From NCBI GenBank assembly GCA_963759945.1, contig CAVXBH010000014.1, forward strand, positions 88,884-152,883: a DNA stretch of 64,000 nucleotides, given 5' to 3'. A model generated the notes under the pieces. That model had not been told where the DNA came from, did no database searches, and saw nothing but the letters and a program-made list of their open reading frames with translations. How positions within the stretch are numbered: position 1 is the stretch's first letter; the number at the start of each line of letters is the position of its first letter. The translations under genes were made by a program, and so were the position numbers. This DNA is from an uncultured Solirubrobacteraceae bacterium (GTDB lineage Bacteria > Actinomycetota > Thermoleophilia > Solirubrobacterales > Solirubrobacteraceae). Shown here piece after piece: positions 61,882 through 64,000 of this stretch.

Positions 61882-62634
61882 ATGGCCCGCCGATCCGCTC
61901 CGTCAGCGTTCGAGATCTCCGACGAGCCCGATGAGGACACGGACTTCGACGCCACACTGCCCCCGCTTGCCGCTCCGCTCGTTGCCTCCCCCTCTCTCGG
62001 TGAACGGGGCGGCGAGCAGCTCGACGACTTCTCGTCGCGTTCCACGCGTCGCGAGCGGCTATCGGCGCGCGCCGGCGCTTCACGCCCGTCGATGCCGGCG
62101 CCGCTGGCGCCGTTGCTCGAGGATCGTCGCCGGCTCGCCGCGGCGGCCGCCGCGTTCGCCGTCGCGTCACTGATCGTCGTGGTGCTTATGGGCGGCGGGC
62201 AGGGCGCTCCGCAGACCGGGACTGCCGCGCGCTCGCCAGAGCCGATTGCCCAGCCGGAGCAGAAGAAACCCGGCAAGCGTCCTGGTCCTCCGGTTGCTCC
62301 GGCGGCTGCCCGGCGCGTGGCGGCCCGGGCGAGTCCGGTTGCCGGCGGGCGTCCGCAAGCGGCGCGTCCGTCGCAGCCGGTGAAAGTGCCGGCCTCCCCG
62401 TCGCGCCAGGAGGACGACCGCCGCGAGCGCTCCGAGCGCGAGCGTCGGACCCACCAGCGCGAGCGCGAAGCCCAGCGCGCGGCCGAGACCGCCCCGGTGC
62501 TCGCCGCGCCGCCGCCGGCGCCGTCGACGCCGGTGGTGCCCGCCCCGGTGGCTCCTGCAGCGCCTGCCTCTCCCCCGCCGCCGCCTTCGTCTCCCGCCAG
62601 CGAATACGACCAGGAGTTCGGTCTCGATGGCTGA
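61882..62634 (+). CDS. proline-rich single-pass membrane protein
   Basis: TM AAAAAAFAVASLIVVVLMGG, then a Pro/Ala/Arg-rich tail. Confidence 0.5.
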   Translation: MARRSAPSAFEISDEPDEDTDFDATLPPLAAPLVASPSLGERGGEQLDDFSSRSTRRERLSARAGASRPSMPAPLAPLLEDRRRLAAAAAAFAVASLIVVVLMGGGQGAPQTGTAARSPEPIAQPEQKKPGKRPGPPVAPAAARRVAARASPVAGGRPQAARPSQPVKVPASPSRQEDDRRERSERERRTHQREREAQRAAETAPVLAAPPPAPSTPVVPAPVAPAAPASPPPPPSSPASEYDQEFGLDG

Positions 62635-63477
62635 GCCCGCCGTCGCCATGGACCGCACGTCCCTGTCTGCCGCGCGCCGCAGGGCGCTGCTGCCGCGCCG
62701 GGCGTTTCTGACCGTCGTCGGGTTGTTCTGCGTTCTCGGCGTGAAGGAACTACTTGCCCCGACGCCTGAGCCGGTCGCACAGGCCGCCGCGGCGCCGATC
62801 GTCGACGACGTCTCCTCCACGGGGTTCGCCGAGGCCTTCGCGCGTGCCTACCTGACCTGGGACCCCGCCGACCCGGAGCGCCACGCCATCGACCTGGCGC
62901 CGTTCCTCGGGCCTGACGTCGACGTCGACGCCGGCCTGCCCGTGCCCGTCCGAGGGCGAGTCGCAGCGGGTGACGTGGACCGCGGCGATCGAGCGACGTC
63001 GACACCGACCCGGGCCGTACCGTGGTCACCGTCGCGGTCGCGGTCGAGGGAGAGCTCGCGGCTGCGCTACCTGGCCGTGCCGGTGGCCGCGCCGACAACG
63101 GCGGGCTGGCCGTGGCCGACTACCCGGCGCTGCGTCGGCGCGCCGCGTCCGGCGCCGAGCTCGCCGGCCGCGACGGCGACGACGATCGACGACGCCGACC
63201 TGGTCGACGGTGGTGCGGCGGGCGCTGGGCAACTACCTCGCCGGCGCCGCCGACAACCTGCGCGCCGACCTCGCCCCGGACGCGCGTGCTGTCGCTGCCC
63301 GCGCCGGCGCTCTCGCCTCGACGACGTCGTCTCGCTGCAGTGGGCGGGGCGCGACCGCGGCCGCGTGAGCGCGGTGGTGGTCGCCCCGATGCGGCGGGCG
63401 TCGCCTACACGCTGCGCTACGAGCTCGCGGTCGCCAGGCGCGACCGCTGGTACGTGGCGGAGATCAACCCCCCATGA
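62627..63477 (+). CDS. TcpC-like conjugal transfer protein, frame breaks
   Basis: N-terminal TM FLTVVGLFCVLGV, GFAEAFARAYLTWDP, C-terminus AYTLRYELAVARRDRWYVAEINPP*. Confidence 0.5.
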
Positions 63478-63494
63478 CTCGAAAGGAGTCCTCC

Positions 63495-63840
63495 ATGAAG
63501 GCATCCTCACCGTCCTCCGGCGCTCGCCGCGATGCTGGCGGCCCACCGCTGGCCGCGCTGGCGCTCGCGCTGCTGCTGGTGCTCGCGGTCTGCGCCGACG
63601 CGCAGCGCCGCCGCCGACGTCAAGAACGCCGGCAAGAACATCGCCGCCACCCTCAAGACGTGGGCCGCGGCGCTGTTCGGCGGCGTCACCGGGATCATGG
63701 CGCATCTACTTCCTGATGCGCGCAAGGTCGGCCCCGCGCTCGGGTTCTGCGCGCTGGCGATGCTCGTCGGCGCGTTCGTCTTCGCGCCCGGCGCTGATGG
63801 GCGAACGTCTCGAGAGACATCGCCAAGACGATCTTGAAGT
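63495..63840 (+). CDS. small secreted two-TM protein (possible pilin-like transfer component), frame breaks
   Basis: Signal LAALALALLLVLAVCADA, then IAATLKTWAAALFGGVTGIMA and GFCALAMLVGAFVF. Confidence 0.3.
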
Positions 63841-63844
63841 AGCC

Positions 63845-64000
63845 GTGCGCGCGCCCGCGTCACTGGTCGGTTCGAGAGCAGCTCGAGATCCGCTCGTTTC
63901 GCGTCGTCTTCGCGCTCGAGCGGCGGCTGTTCCGCATCGACCGGTGGCGGCTGCCGCTCCCGTACGGCGTCCCCGTGCGCGGCATCGGCTACGCCGCCGC
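63845..64000 (+). CDS. TcpE-like transfer protein, 5' part only (runs off the window)
   Basis: FRVVFALERRLFRIDRWRLPLPYGVPVRGIGY matches the TcpE-family N-terminal pattern as I recall it. The start is not resolved. Confidence 0.35.
   Translation, partial: MRAPASLVGSRAARDPLVSRRLRARAAAVPHRPVAAAAPVRRPRARHRLRRR

Overview
High-GC, actinobacterium-like chromosome segment (taxon is an inference) in three parts. (1) 1-30.6 kb holds ordinary chromosomal genes: a multi-PAS GGDEF cyclase, uppP, an OmpR/histidine-kinase pair coupled to an RTX-like protein, an FprA-type reductase, furA-katG divergent from a secreted tyrosinase fusion, a TetR-controlled ABC-2 exporter, a tandemly duplicated sulfatase + YVTN beta-propeller cassette, and DsbA-like isomerases. 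Most of these genes can only be read by stitching 2-5 track ORFs lying in different frames. (2) 30.6-49.3 kb is a visibly lower-GC mosaic island. It opens with an IS200-like/RAYT Y1 transposase flanked by inverted hairpins, a tRNA-Asp 3' fragment (att-like) and two decayed tyrosine-recombinase 3' ends. Its cargo is an intact 1731-aa polymorphic toxin (novel N-terminal repeats, TSP3 repeats, vWA, PD-ExK nuclease tip) with an abutting immunity candidate, an intact IS3 element with a 3-bp target duplication, and an ECF sigma/anti-sigma/secreted-protease module. (3) 49.3-64 kb looks like a conjugative element. It carries two ssb paralogs, a zinc-finger/TOPRIM primase, a second ECF module with a 9-bp tandem repeat, an ATP-dependent ligase, comM, a long ParB-like protein, and TcpC/TcpE-like transfer proteins running off the window, plus two families of short repeated 5' elements. 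I saw no rRNA, no intact tRNA and no CRISPR array. All family assignments come from motif recognition by eye, not from searches.
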